Positions 22,177-32,008 of a stretch of 64,000 bases of DNA are shown piece by piece. The notes beneath the pieces are model-generated. The model saw nothing but the letters and a program-made list of their open reading frames with translations, was not told the DNA's origin and searched no databases. How positions within the stretch are numbered: position 1 is the stretch's first letter; each line of letters begins with the position of its first letter. Source of the DNA: Pyrodictiaceae archaeon (GTDB taxonomy: Archaea > Thermoproteota > Thermoprotei_A > Sulfolobales > Pyrodictiaceae); contig JALVSY010000016.1 of assembly GCA_027036135.1 (NCBI GenBank), forward strand, positions 256,001 to 320,000. Reading direction: 5' to 3'. The translations under genes were made by a program, and so were the position numbers.

Positions 22177-22386
22177 CCCAGTGTCGCCTCTTACCTTAGT
22201 TTCCCCTTATTTCTAGAACGAAACTGTGCCAGTTTTTAAACAATAATTGCCACAGTCTCTACTGCGAACTTTAACAGAGTTCAAACTGATATAACACATG
22301 ATTAAGGAGAAGGGGTAAGGAACAATATAAATAGATTAGAGAACAGCCTTAGGCGAGTTCATGACCTATTTTATCACTAGGTATCG

Positions 22387-23196
22387 TTACTGCTTCTTTT
22401 CCAGGGCCTTAGCCATGGCCTCTGCTAGTTCTCTCATCTTCGCCTCTGGGTCCCTGGCCTTCATCACCGCTGAGGCTACTAGGACTCCTATTGTGCCGAG
22501 TCTTATAGCGGCTGCAGCGTCTTCTCCACTAGTAATCCCGGCACCAGTTAGTACAGGTATATCGGGATTAACCATTCTCACTAGCTTAAGGGTGTCTGTC
22601 ACAACCTCGGGCTTTGCCTTTGAGACGGGTATACCTGTGCCTATGAGCTCTGGGGGCTCTATGGCGAGCATTGTGGGTGTTAGAGCTGCCACGGCAGCCG
22701 CGACCGTGGGTGTGTCAGCGCATACAAGTGTCTCGAGCCCTACTTGGGTTGCTCTCCTAATAGCATGATCGATGTCGCTAAGAACCATGCGATGCTCGCT
22801 ATGATTGAGAAGCGTCCCCTTAGCGCCAGCTTCCTTTACGGCCTCTGCGGGGAGAAACCCAGTATGGGCACCAGGCTCCACAGGGTCAATGTGCTGCGCA
22901 TAGACAACAGCCTTGTCAACGACCTCGCTTACCCTGGAGATCTCTGTAGAGGGAACCGCTAGTACTACCCTAACAGAGCCATTGTACTCCTCAGCTACCT
23001 TCTCTGCTGCAAGAGCTATAGCTAGTCCTTTATCACCGAAGGCTGTTGGATACGCCTTATAGTTGACAACTAGTACTGCCCGCCAATCCCGCTTGTCCCG
23101 GGCCTTGGCCTCGGATACAACGCGTGCATGCAGCCCCGATAACAATACTGTGCCCACGCTAGCTCCCCACAAGAGGGGGCAAGCACGCCTATACAA
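22387..23196 (-). CDS. tpiA: Triosephosphate isomerase (true start probably downstream of ORF start)
   Basis: VNYKAY, AQH.D, NHSE, AIEPPELIGTG, GAGI, GVLVAS. Confidence 0.95.
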   Translation of the reverse strand: MYRRACPLLWGASVGTVLLSGLHARVVSEAKARDKRDWRAVLVVNYKAYPTAFGDKGLAIALAAEKVAEEYNGSVRVVLAVPSTEISRVSEVVDKAVVYAQHIDPVEPGAHTGFLPAEAVKEAGAKGTLLNHSEHRMVLSDIDHAIRRATQVGLETLVCADTPTVAAAVAALTPTMLAIEPPELIGTGIPVSKAKPEVVTDTLKLVRMVNPDIPVLTGAGITSGEDAAAAIRLGTIGVLVASAVMKARDPEAKMRELAEAMAKALEKKQ

Positions 23197-23392
23197 GAAT
23201 CTTAGGGCAATGAGCTCCGTGATTCTTAACTAAGAGGGGCTCGGTGAGGAGATTCCTCATCACATAGAGAAAGCAGTTCGCCAGCTCCTCTTCATAGCCT
23301 CAAAAAGACAAGCCCCTAAAGATTTTTAAAGAAGCTTAAAAACGCAAAAGTATATGTAGTTAAAAACGAAATATAGTTATATGAGCCTGGCC

Positions 23393-24577
23393 TTAGTCGT
23401 GCATTTCCTCGGCTCCGCTTAACATCTCGCTGTGCTTTATCTTCGGCTTTATGTATTTCTCGTAGTCCTTTGCCTCCTTGAACCTGTCCTTGAGCTTCTC
23501 TAGTACCTGTGGCAGTGTCGTGTACTCCATTTCCTCGGGGCCTAGCCGGTGCGGCATGAATGGGCCGTGGCGCCTCATGTAGTCAGCTATTAGCTGTGCG
23601 GTTCTCCTAGCCTCGTCGAACGCTGGGTCATCGAATAGATCTGTCGGGCCTATGAGGCGACCCTTGGTTATGTTAAACCCGAGGCCGACTATCCTGGGTG
23701 GTCCGTCAAATCTCGTGCACTTAGCGTCCTTGAGGCCTACTGGCATCAATGGGCCCCAATGGCTTCCTCTCATCCAGCCTGCTACGAGGTGTGGGAAGCT
23801 GAATGGCTCTAGTATCTCGCCTAGCGCTGGGAAGCCGCTCTGTGCACGCACTATTGCCACGGGGTCGTCCTTACCGACGTAGCGGCCTGCTATGAGGTTT
23901 AGCCTCTCAACACTCACTACTGCTGCTATCTCGTTATCGCTTTTCCTGAAAACCCTCTTCACAACGTAGCGGCCAGGGGTACCAATAAGGGCTAATAGGT
24001 CGTACATCTCCTCCGGCGTGTTTAGTACAACGTACTTGCCTTCCATCACATCGAGTACTTCGAACTTGAAGCCATCATGCATCCTTGGGTCAATCACTAA
24101 GCCCGCTGTGTTGAATGGGTCGGCAAATATCCTGAACATTGGGAAGTTGAAAGCACCAGGCTCGGTCTTATCAGCCATAAATATTACTATTGGCTCGCTC
24201 TTCCTCTCAACAATCTCCATCTCAGCTACTCCTGGCCCTAGCCCCCTTACATTACCGGAGAAAGCATCGCTTAGCAAGTCCTGGCCAGCAGCGTATAGCC
24301 CGAGCTCCTTAGCCACCTCAGCAGCCTTCTTGAAAGCATCCCATGCAAGTCCATGTATATCGGGGCTGTCAACTCCCTTACGATGAGTCATTATTAGCTG
24401 GAGATCGTCTCCAACATGCGTCACAAAGTAGTCTATGATTAGTCCTTTCCGCTTAGCCTCGGCAAGAACCCTTGAAGCAGCAGCCATTGTGTCAGGATGA
24501 ACCTTGTGATGACCCGCTAGGCTACCTATATCGGCCTTAATTACACTAATAGTAACCTTTCTCTCCTCTGCGCTCAT
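23393..24577 (-). CDS. fbp: Bifunctional fructose-1,6-bisphosphate aldolase/phosphatase (class V FBPase)
   Basis: IKADIGSLAGH, VGDD, YAAGQDLL, DKTEPGAFN, YVGKDDPV, GWMRGSH, EMEYT. Confidence 0.96.
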   Translation of the reverse strand: MSAEERKVTISVIKADIGSLAGHHKVHPDTMAAASRVLAEAKRKGLIIDYFVTHVGDDLQLIMTHRKGVDSPDIHGLAWDAFKKAAEVAKELGLYAAGQDLLSDAFSGNVRGLGPGVAEMEIVERKSEPIVIFMADKTEPGAFNFPMFRIFADPFNTAGLVIDPRMHDGFKFEVLDVMEGKYVVLNTPEEMYDLLALIGTPGRYVVKRVFRKSDNEIAAVVSVERLNLIAGRYVGKDDPVAIVRAQSGFPALGEILEPFSFPHLVAGWMRGSHWGPLMPVGLKDAKCTRFDGPPRIVGLGFNITKGRLIGPTDLFDDPAFDEARRTAQLIADYMRRHGPFMPHRLGPEEMEYTTLPQVLEKLKDRFKEAKDYEKYIKPKIKHSEMLSGAEEMHD

Positions 24578-24599
24578 GCGCTACACCCTCTCCTACTCA

Positions 24600-25450
24600 T
24601 ATCTCAGATGTAACTAGGGTATATCAGAGGCTATTAACAAGTTTGCGCCGCGAATGCAATAATTATGAGTCTTAATAGTCTATTGTTCTCAAATATTATA
24701 TGTAGGGCAATAAGAGATAAGAAGTAATACAAAGAAGCCCGAGGGAGCAACCTAGATTATTATACATATTGTAGCTAAGAAGTATTCTTAGTATAATACT
24801 TCTATAATGGCTACGCGTAAGAGGGCTATGAGAATACAGGCGAAGTCCGATCTGGGCCCTAGCTCATTATAGCCTGTCAGGCAGAACAGCGGTATTTAAG
24901 TACAAATCCTTACTCTAAACACTATTTTTATTGGCAATTAACAATTATAAAGAGTAAAAGTTATTAAAAGTGTACTGAGTTTACTCCAAGATTAGTTGAT
25001 AGGTCTCTGCCTCTATAGTGCTACAATTGATAGAGCTACCAAGTTGGCTGTGCTCTCTCAGGAGGATAGTATAGCGTTCATTAATATTACTTTGTCTAAG
25101 AGAGATGTCGTCCTCTATACTGTACCTATTCGGTAGCTATCAATATACTGAATACTAGATCTTTTTACTAATATTATTATGTACAATTTAGCATTTCAGT
25201 AAAAACAGAGTACTTAATGCCGGACTATTTCCCTCGGATTTAGTAGCTTGGACTATGAGGGAGAGGCCTGTTGTTATATTAGTTTAGTTTAAAATAATTT
25301 GTGTATTTTTTGAAATAATAGTATTATAGTTGTCAGCTAGAACTCTTAATATTGCCGGCGCATCACAAGACTAGAAATCCTAGTAGTATAGGTATAGAGC
25401 CTTGCCGAGGAGTAATGTAATACAATAATGTAGTTTTTATTAATAATTTG
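24600..25450. other. Long AT-rich non-coding region with inverted repeats
   Basis: No ORF >=60 aa in ~850 bp; AGAAGTATT-N8-AATACTTCT at 24778-24803; GCCTGTCAGGC at 24872-24882. Confidence 0.6.
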
Positions 25451-25454
25451 TGTC

Positions 25455-26078
25455 CTACGTGAGTTTCCCTCCTTTTTCAACGAGTCTTATGAGGTCTAAT
25501 GTGTCGAGTACTCTCTCTATGTTGGCTCCTATGTTTATTCCTATTTCTTGTAATGCATAGAGCAGGAGTGGTAGATTACCCCATATTCTTTTTCCCTTTA
25601 TCTTGTCAAGTAACTTGTTAAATCTCTTTGTTATGTAGCGAGCTATTGGTGCTAGGATCTCTCTCTGCGTTGTTGCCAGGTTTATTCCCTTAGTACGTGC
25701 TAGTTTTCGCGCACCTTTCGTGAACCCTCTTGGTGCATACACTATGTAGAGGATATCTGCTGCAGTGAATAATTTACTCCGGAGCTTATTTACCTCTTTT
25801 AGTACTCTCCTTATTTTCGCAGCTAGTTGTGATGGAGATAGTGGTCTAGAGGCCTGCGTGCTAATATAGTACGCTATGAGGAGAGGGTTTGAGCCAGGCA
25901 TTTCGGCTAGGAATATCGTTACTGTATAGTCTCTTGTTGTATACGTCTCCAAAGGCTTTTTGCTTATTCTTTGCAGCTGTGACCATATTGAGAGGTAGCG
26001 CCTAGCCCCTCGTAGCAGTGGTACTAGGGCTGTGTTGAGTATTCTTATTCGCTCCTCAACCCGCTGTAATGGCAGCAT
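25455..26078 (-). CDS. Basic hypothetical protein, possible degenerate PD-(D/E)XK/Mrr-like fold
   Basis: YIVYAPRGFTKGARKLARTKGINL resembles the Mrr-cat C-terminal GFT..A...A...GI.L motif; catalytic ExK not evident. Confidence 0.55.
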   Translation of the reverse strand: MLPLQRVEERIRILNTALVPLLRGARRYLSIWSQLQRISKKPLETYTTRDYTVTIFLAEMPGSNPLLIAYYISTQASRPLSPSQLAAKIRRVLKEVNKLRSKLFTAADILYIVYAPRGFTKGARKLARTKGINLATTQREILAPIARYITKRFNKLLDKIKGKRIWGNLPLLLYALQEIGINIGANIERVLDTLDLIRLVEKGGKLT

Positions 26079-26189
26079 TGTTGCTCCGAGATAGAGTGGA
26101 GTAGGTGGGCTACAGCTAAGTGTAAAGGGCCGTGTATTCTCCTGTGTAGAGTATTAAGGGGCTTGGTTCCCGGTACTAGTTTATTTCTC

Positions 26190-26221
26190 GCCTGACAGGT
26201 TACAGGATTATCCTGTCAGGC
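26190..26221. promoter_or_regulatory. Inverted repeat GCCTGACAGG-N12-CCTGTCAGGC (candidate operator or hairpin)
   Basis: Perfect 10-bp inverted repeat, each arm itself a CCTG(A/T)CAGG palindrome; upstream of the 207-aa gene. Confidence 0.5.
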
Positions 26222-26251
26222 CAAGGGAACAGAGATTCAGGGGAAGGTGGG

Positions 26252-28093
26252 TTATTTCTTTTCCTTTTGTTCTTTCTCTCCCGGCCTCGGTATGTAGTAG
26301 TACTTGCCGAGTCTTCGCTGCATTCGGTCGAGGAAGCTTCCTTCCTTGTTTATCCTTGGTCTCCCGGTTTCTGGATCCTTTCTTATCGTTATTCCTATTT
26401 CTGCTAGGAATTTGTTCATACCCTCGTTTAGTGGTAGTGGCTGGAGTGCGTGACCTTTTATGCCGGGGGTGCCGGTGAACACCATTACCCGGTTCGCGAT
26501 GTAGTCTTGTACGGCTATGTCGTGCTCAACTACTATTGCTGCGGCTTTTCTTGCCTCGGTTAGCCGCTTAATTGCCTTGGCGACTATTAGTCTTTCTTCT
26601 ACGTCAAGGTAGGCGGAGGGCTCGTCTAGCAGGTATATGTTGGCTTCACGTGCTATTGTAACGGCTACTGCTACTTTTTGTAACTCTCCGCCGCTGAGCT
26701 CATCGATTCTCCTATCAAGGAGCCGGTCTATTCGTAGCCTCTTCACAATTTCTACATTAATCCAGCTGCCTGGAGCTAATGCGGAGGAATTGGTCTCTCT
26801 TAGTAGTTCCTCTACGGTCTTGTCCTCGCCGAGTGTCTGTGGGCTTAGTCTCTGTGGCTTGTAGCTTACTTTGAGCTTCTCGCCTGGTTTTCTCACCTCG
26901 CCTTCTACGGGTTCTATTTCGCCTGCTAATGTTCTTACAAAGGTTGTTTTCCCTATGGCGTTGGGACCTAGGATGCCTAGTACTTCTCCCTCGTATACCT
27001 CGCCTGGGTCGACTTCTAGGTTGAAGTCGTTCAGGCTTATTGTGAGCCTTGTCCACTCAATGTACTTTGTTGATGTCTGTATTGCTTGTAGTGCCTCCGT
27101 TGGGTTGATTGTATATTTTATTGGCTCGTTTCTTATCCTCATGTTCTCCGCTGGTAGGTAGCCTTTCAGGAAGTAGTTTATCCCGGCTCCAACGGCATAG
27201 GGCTTCGAGGATATACCGTAAACGCCTGGCTCACCATACATTATTACTACGTGGTCTGATAAGTAGTCAAGCATAGCTATGTCGTGCTCGACTACAACGA
27301 CGTAACTATTCTTTGGCATATAGCTCCTTATTACCCTGGCTACTTTCACGCGCTCCCTTACATCAAGGTAGCTGCCTGGCTCGTCGAAGAGGTATAGGTT
27401 GGCATCCTTGCTGAGCACGGCGGCTATCATGAAGCGTTGTAGCTCTCCGCCACTGAGCACACGTATATCCTTGTCAAGTGCACTAGTGAGTCCTAGCTCC
27501 TTGACGAGTTCCCGCCATATGCCTCTCTCATCGGCTTTCTCTAGTAGGGCTGCAACGGTACCCTTTACTCTGCGGGGTACAAGGTCTATGTATTGTATCT
27601 TATGAGCAGCTCTTATTTTTCCCTCAGCTAGTGCGCGGAAATAATTCTGTATCTCGGTGCCACGGAACCTTCTAATTATCTCGTCCCATGAAGGCTCTCG
27701 GTCTGGCTCGCCGAGGTTTGGTTTAAGCTCGCCTGCTAGTATTCTTAGCGCAGTAGTCTTTCCTGTACCATTCTTGCCGAGAATGCCGAGAACCTTGTCC
27801 TGCCTAGGCACAGGTAGGCCGTAGAGCTTGAAGCCGTTGACGCCGTACCTGTGGAGAAGCATCTTCTCTAGCTCGTCGGGTAGATTCACTATGCTTATTG
27901 CCTTGAAGGGGCACTTTCTTACACAGATGCCGCAGCCTATACATGTTTCCTCATATATTACTGGCTTCTTGCGGCCCGGATCCATTTCTATTGCTTTGCC
28001 GCCTGTCTTGTTGACCGGGCAGAATACTATACACTCCTTGTTGCATTTATTGGGTTTGCAGAGCTCATAGTCTATTACCGCTACACGCACCAT
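26252..28093 (-). CDS. Ribosome recycling ATPase ABCE1/RLI
   Basis: N-terminal 2x[4Fe-4S] (CKPNKC..EC...CP; CIGCGICVRKCP), two ABC domains with LSGGELQ. Confidence 0.96.
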   Translation of the reverse strand: MVRVAVIDYELCKPNKCNKECIVFCPVNKTGGKAIEMDPGRKKPVIYEETCIGCGICVRKCPFKAISIVNLPDELEKMLLHRYGVNGFKLYGLPVPRQDKVLGILGKNGTGKTTALRILAGELKPNLGEPDREPSWDEIIRRFRGTEIQNYFRALAEGKIRAAHKIQYIDLVPRRVKGTVAALLEKADERGIWRELVKELGLTSALDKDIRVLSGGELQRFMIAAVLSKDANLYLFDEPGSYLDVRERVKVARVIRSYMPKNSYVVVVEHDIAMLDYLSDHVVIMYGEPGVYGISSKPYAVGAGINYFLKGYLPAENMRIRNEPIKYTINPTEALQAIQTSTKYIEWTRLTISLNDFNLEVDPGEVYEGEVLGILGPNAIGKTTFVRTLAGEIEPVEGEVRKPGEKLKVSYKPQRLSPQTLGEDKTVEELLRETNSSALAPGSWINVEIVKRLRIDRLLDRRIDELSGGELQKVAVAVTIAREANIYLLDEPSAYLDVEERLIVAKAIKRLTEARKAAAIVVEHDIAVQDYIANRVMVFTGTPGIKGHALQPLPLNEGMNKFLAEIGITIRKDPETGRPRINKEGSFLDRMQRRLGKYYYIPRPGEKEQKEKK

Positions 28094-28229
28094 TGCTCTC
28101 TCCCACTAAGCCCCAGGGGAGGCGCTAACCAGAGTCTAAGTAATATAGGCTAAGTAGATAGTACGTCAATAATCTAGGTAGTCAATGGGAAACATTAATG
28201 AACAAGAGAGTGCGGTGTATTTGTCTCTG

Positions 28230-28329
28230 GGGCGTGTATGAGGAGTGGTGACGGCACGGAGTAGTAAATGCTTTATGAATCCTTGCTAAAAACTATGCGA
28301 TGAAGAAAGCAAGGTTGTCCGACACGCCC
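28230..28329 (+). ncRNA. Box C/D-like sRNA (extended, ~100 nt)
   Basis: Terminal stem GGGCGTG/CACGCCC; box C variant ATGAGGA pairing compensatorily with box D variant CCGA; 12-nt guide then D' CGGA; internal hairpin CCTTGCT/AGCAAGG. Confidence 0.6.
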
Positions 28330-28336
28330 GCTACGA

Positions 28337-28447
28337 TTACCACTCCTCTTCTTCCCATTCTTCCTCTTCTTCCTCTTCCCACCATTCCTCTTCCTCTTCT
28401 TCTTCCTCCCACCACTCTTCTTCCTCTTCCAGTACCAGCCATCTCAT
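28337..28447 (-). CDS. Small Glu/Trp-rich peptide (36 aa)
   Basis: MRWLVLEEEEEWWEEEEEEEEWWEEEEEEEWEEEEW*; mixed GAA/GAG codons; TTATTTAT box upstream; alternative ATG 12 codons upstream. Confidence 0.55.
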   Translation of the reverse strand: MRWLVLEEEEEWWEEEEEEEEWWEEEEEEEWEEEEW

Positions 28448-28553
28448 CGTAAGAAGTCCCTCGCCTGGCTCTTGCTCCGTCATGTGGATAAATAAGCGGG
28501 ATGCTTTTAGTCCTTTCCCAAATCTCTCTCCCTTATAGAAAATGACGGAATAA

Positions 28554-29084
28554 CTAGGATTGAGCACGTTGGCTTGTTGCCTGGATTCTAAATAGTCGCG
28601 TCTCGACGGGGTAAATGGCCACCCTGGTTATGTCCATCCTCGTTGGCTTGGACTTGATTAGGCACTCGGCTTCCTCTAGCTCAGAGAGCTCCGTGTCTAT
28701 ATTGTGTGGTGTTGCTATTAGTAGGGCTACTGTTTCTCCTGGCTTCGCGCCACAAGTGCTGGCTACTTTTCCTAGGTTTTTCTCGTTGCATAGTATGCGG
28801 AGGACTTCGAGTCCTCTCTTTCTAGCCTTGCTAAATCCGTATCTGGTTAGTGTGTATGCTTCCAGCAGGGCCGTGATCATTTCAGGAATGCTGTATTTTT
28901 CTGCTAGGAAGCTTGGCACAAGTACTACGAGAGCCTCTTCATCCTTTATGGACTCTATCAGCTTTGCTAGCTTATTGTTAAATACCGTACACTCTAAGTA
29001 GATGTTTAGCCTTCCTATGTTTGGGAGTACTATGCTATGTTTTTCTAGTTTTGATAATTTTCTTAATGAATTCAATATCTTCAC
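28554..29084 (-). CDS. KEOPS subunit Cgi121-like protein
   Basis: AL..A......SKAR...LEVLR.LC..KN...V....GAK pattern; start uncertain. Confidence 0.55.
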   Translation of the reverse strand: MKILNSLRKLSKLEKHSIVLPNIGRLNIYLECTVFNNKLAKLIESIKDEEALVVLVPSFLAEKYSIPEMITALLEAYTLTRYGFSKARKRGLEVLRILCNEKNLGKVASTCGAKPGETVALLIATPHNIDTELSELEEAECLIKSKPTRMDITRVAIYPVETRLFRIQATSQRAQS

Positions 29085-29631
29085 CAGTTACCTTAGCTAC
29101 CTCTTCTACGCTGTAACCCTTCCTCGAGACGAGTTCTTCCACGGTTTCAGCCTTGTCCCATGGGAATATTATCCATGCATCAGTCTCTTCTGCATAGAAA
29201 TCCGGGCGGTGCATAGACCATGGCTTTAGGTATAGTGATGCAGTGAGTATCTTCTTGGGACCATAATGGTTTAGGAAGTTAACAGCAACGTTTAGTGTCT
29301 TACCCGTATCGGCTACATCATCGACTACGAGTACTACTTTGTCACGTATATCCATTATGAGTGGTTGTGTAACTACTGGCCGCTCGGCAGTCTCGCCTAT
29401 TGATTTATAGAACTTTATCTCAAGGGCTCCCATTGTTGCTACTCCGAGATAATCTGAGAGCAAGCGGGCCGGTATCCATCCACCACGGAGAACCCCTACT
29501 ATTATGTCTACCTTCTCTATCCTTGAGCGTACCTGCTCAGCTATTGTTACGCAGTGGTGCTCTACTTCTCTCCACGAAACTGGCTTGAACTTTATTGGCT
29601 CAGGATGCCTATATGTGGTCATAGCCTCCAC
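29035..29631 (-). CDS. Purine phosphoribosyltransferase (HPRT/XGPRT-like)
   Basis: GVLRGG.IPAR, VLVVDDVADTGKTL PRPP motif, WIIFPW. Confidence 0.9.
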   Translation of the reverse strand: MEAMTTYRHPEPIKFKPVSWREVEHHCVTIAEQVRSRIEKVDIIVGVLRGGWIPARLLSDYLGVATMGALEIKFYKSIGETAERPVVTQPLIMDIRDKVVLVVDDVADTGKTLNVAVNFLNHYGPKKILTASLYLKPWSMHRPDFYAEETDAWIIFPWDKAETVEELVSRKGYSVEEVAKVTGEDIEFIKKIIKTRKT

Positions 29632-29815
29632 CGCGGCTAATGGCTCCTCAATTCTTGTCTCGGTCTTTTAGCATTAAAGTGTTGGGTCTTTCAATATGTT
29701 GTTAAAAATACATTGTTCCTAGCTTACCATTTCAAGGATGAGGGTAGGTAAAAGAACAATACATCTCTCTAGGTATAGGGTGTAGGTTGTATTAAGCTCA
29801 TTGTTGGTTTTGAGC

Positions 29816-30157
29816 TTATTGTTGTTCTCCGCTTGATTTTTCGAGTGCTTGGGCGATACTCTCCGATGATATTGCTTCTGCTTTTTCTTCAGTAGGGGCT
29901 TGGGCGAGTAGTGATTCTCTTATCTCCTCTGCTCGCTGCTGCTCTAGTAGCATTTGCAACTTACCTGTTCTCTTATAGAGCCTTATCAGCCTTGTTACAT
30001 AGCCTGCTATTTGGTTTCTTAGTTTCTTAGAGCCAACGTCTACTAGTCTTGCGACTACTTGCTTGTTGTGCTCGAAGTCTTCGGTGAACAGGTCGGGGTA
30101 CATGTTTAGTAGTCTTCTAGCTGTCCTCTTTACTAGGCCTATTCTGACCTTGCCCAC
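29816..30157 (-). CDS. rps17e: 30S ribosomal protein S17e
   Basis: GKVR...VKRTAR.L...[23 protein letters not shown]; GTG start at 30157; acidic C-terminal extension. Confidence 0.95.
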   Translation of the reverse strand: MGKVRIGLVKRTARRLLNMYPDLFTEDFEHNKQVVARLVDVGSKKLRNQIAGYVTRLIRLYKRTGKLQMLLEQQRAEEIRESLLAQAPTEEKAEAISSESIAQALEKSSGEQQ

Positions 30158-30301
30158 TCTTCTTTCCCCGCTACTTGGTGCGCTATGGGAGGGAGTTATT
30201 AATAGTGTATGCATAGCCTTGTACGAAACGCTTATATAGAAGCGGCTGGGAAGGCAACCTACACACGGTTAAGAGAGGGTAGAGGAAACGGGGGAGTACC
30301 T

Positions 30302-32008
30302 ATGTCTGCGCCTGCGCGTATTGCTACTGTAGAGCCAACTGGCGTACCAGTGCTCATACTCAAGGAGGGCACTCAACGAACTTATGGTAGGGAGGCCCTC
30401 AGGGCAAATATAATGATTGTGAGAGCAATAGCTGAGACCCTAAGGACAACCTATGGTCCCAAGGGCATGGATAAGATGCTCGTGGATAGCCTCGGTGACA
30501 TCACTATAACTAATGATGGAGCAACAATACTTGACAAAATGGATGTACAGCACCCAACAGCTAAGCTAGTAGTACAAGTAGCAAAGGGCCAGGACGAGGA
30601 GGTAGGCGATGGCACCAAGACAGCAGTGATATTCTCCGGTGAACTACTCCGGGTCGCTGAGGAGCTACTAGACAAGAATGTACACCCAACAGTGATAGTG
30701 AGTGGCTTCAAGAAGGCCTCCGAGGAGGCAATAAAGAGACTATATGAGATAGCGGAGCCAATAGACATAAACAACGATGAGGAGCTAAAGAAGATAGCAA
30801 TGACAAGCCTAACAAGCAAAGCCGTACATGGTGCACGCGAGTACCTAGCAGAAATAGCTGTTAAGGCCGTAAGACAGGTAACCGAGAAGCGTGGAGACAA
30901 GTGGTACATAGACCTAGACAGTATACAAATAATAAAGAAGCATGGCGGCAGCCTAAGAGACACACAGCTAATCTATGGCATTGTTCTTGATAAGGAGGTT
31001 GTTCACCCTGGTATGCCTAAGAGGGTTGAGAACGCCTACATAGTACTACTAGACGCACCACTAGAAGTAGAAAAACCAGAAATCGATGCAGAGATAAGGA
31101 TCAGTGACCCAACCTATCTCAAGAAGTTCCTCGAGGAGGAAGAGAAGATACTAAGCAGCTACGTGGAGAAGATCTACGAGGTTGCTGTTGAGCGTATGAA
31201 GAGGGATGGCTTGGAGCCTGGTAAGGCTGGTATAGTGGTTATTACTCAGAAGGGTATTGACGAGGTAGCACAACACTTCCTAGCAAAGAAAGGAATAATG
31301 GCAGTAAGAAGAGTAAAAAGAAGCGATATTGAGAAGATATCCAAGGCTACTGGAGCAAAGATAGTGAGCAACATAGAGGACCTATCACCGGACGACCTAG
31401 GCTTTGCCAAACTAGTAGAGGAGAGAAAGGTCGGAGAGGACAAGATGGTGTTCATTGAGGGCTGCCCCAACCCCAAGGCAGTAACAATACTCATACGTGG
31501 CGGTCTTGAGAGGCTCGTAGACGAGGCCGAGAGAAGCCTCAACGATGCGCTACACGCGGTAGCCGATGCCATAAGGGACGGAAAGATAGTTGCTGGTGGT
31601 GGCGCAGTAGAGGTTGAGCTAGCTAAGTACCTAAGAGAGATAGCACCAAAGATTGGCGGCAAGGAGCAGCTAGCAGTAGAGGCCTTCGCAAAGGCGCTCG
31701 AGGGCCTACCAATGGCACTAGCCGAGAATGCCGGCCTAGACCCAGTGGAGATAATAATGAAGCTGAGAGCCGCCCACGCCAAGCCTGAGGGTAAGTGGCA
31801 CGGCATTAACGTGTTCAAGGGCGAAGTAGAGGACCTAATGAAGCTAGGCGTAATCGAGCCAGTTAGTGTGAAGGCAAACGCCATAAAGGCTGGTACAGAG
31901 GCAGCAATAATGGTGCTAAGGATTGACGACATCATAGCAGCTGCGAGGCGCAAGGAGGAGGAAGAGAAGGAGAAGAAGGGCGGCGAAGAAGAAGAGAAGG
32001 AAGAGTAA
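30302..32008 (+). CDS. Thermosome (group II chaperonin) subunit
   Basis: [38 protein letters not shown]. Confidence 0.97.
   Translation: MSAPARIATVEPTGVPVLILKEGTQRTYGREALRANIMIVRAIAETLRTTYGPKGMDKMLVDSLGDITITNDGATILDKMDVQHPTAKLVVQVAKGQDEEVGDGTKTAVIFSGELLRVAEELLDKNVHPTVIVSGFKKASEEAIKRLYEIAEPIDINNDEELKKIAMTSLTSKAVHGAREYLAEIAVKAVRQVTEKRGDKWYIDLDSIQIIKKHGGSLRDTQLIYGIVLDKEVVHPGMPKRVENAYIVLLDAPLEVEKPEIDAEIRISDPTYLKKFLEEEEKILSSYVEKIYEVAVERMKRDGLEPGKAGIVVITQKGIDEVAQHFLAKKGIMAVRRVKRSDIEKISKATGAKIVSNIEDLSPDDLGFAKLVEERKVGEDKMVFIEGCPNPKAVTILIRGGLERLVDEAERSLNDALHAVADAIRDGKIVAGGGAVEVELAKYLREIAPKIGGKEQLAVEAFAKALEGLPMALAENAGLDPVEIIMKLRAAHAKPEGKWHGINVFKGEVEDLMKLGVIEPVSVKANAIKAGTEAAIMVLRIDDIIAAARRKEEEEKEKKGGEEEEKEE

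Noticed and set aside
23205-23265. Possible minus-strand C/D sRNA (GTGATGA…CCGA)
   Set aside because: No convincing C' or terminal D box; the putative guide folds on itself
26167-26179. 13-bp exact match TTCCCGGTACTAG also at 49486-49498
   Set aside because: Matches of this length are expected by chance in a 64-kb window
28337-28447. E/W peptide as RiPP precursor for the SPASM enzyme at 41143-42174
   Set aside because: About 13 kb apart, with no transporter, protease or RRE linkage and no leader-core structure
30451-31953. Long antisense ORFs opposite the thermosome, and similar ones across the window
   Set aside because: Ser/Leu-rich shadow frames of well-identified genes
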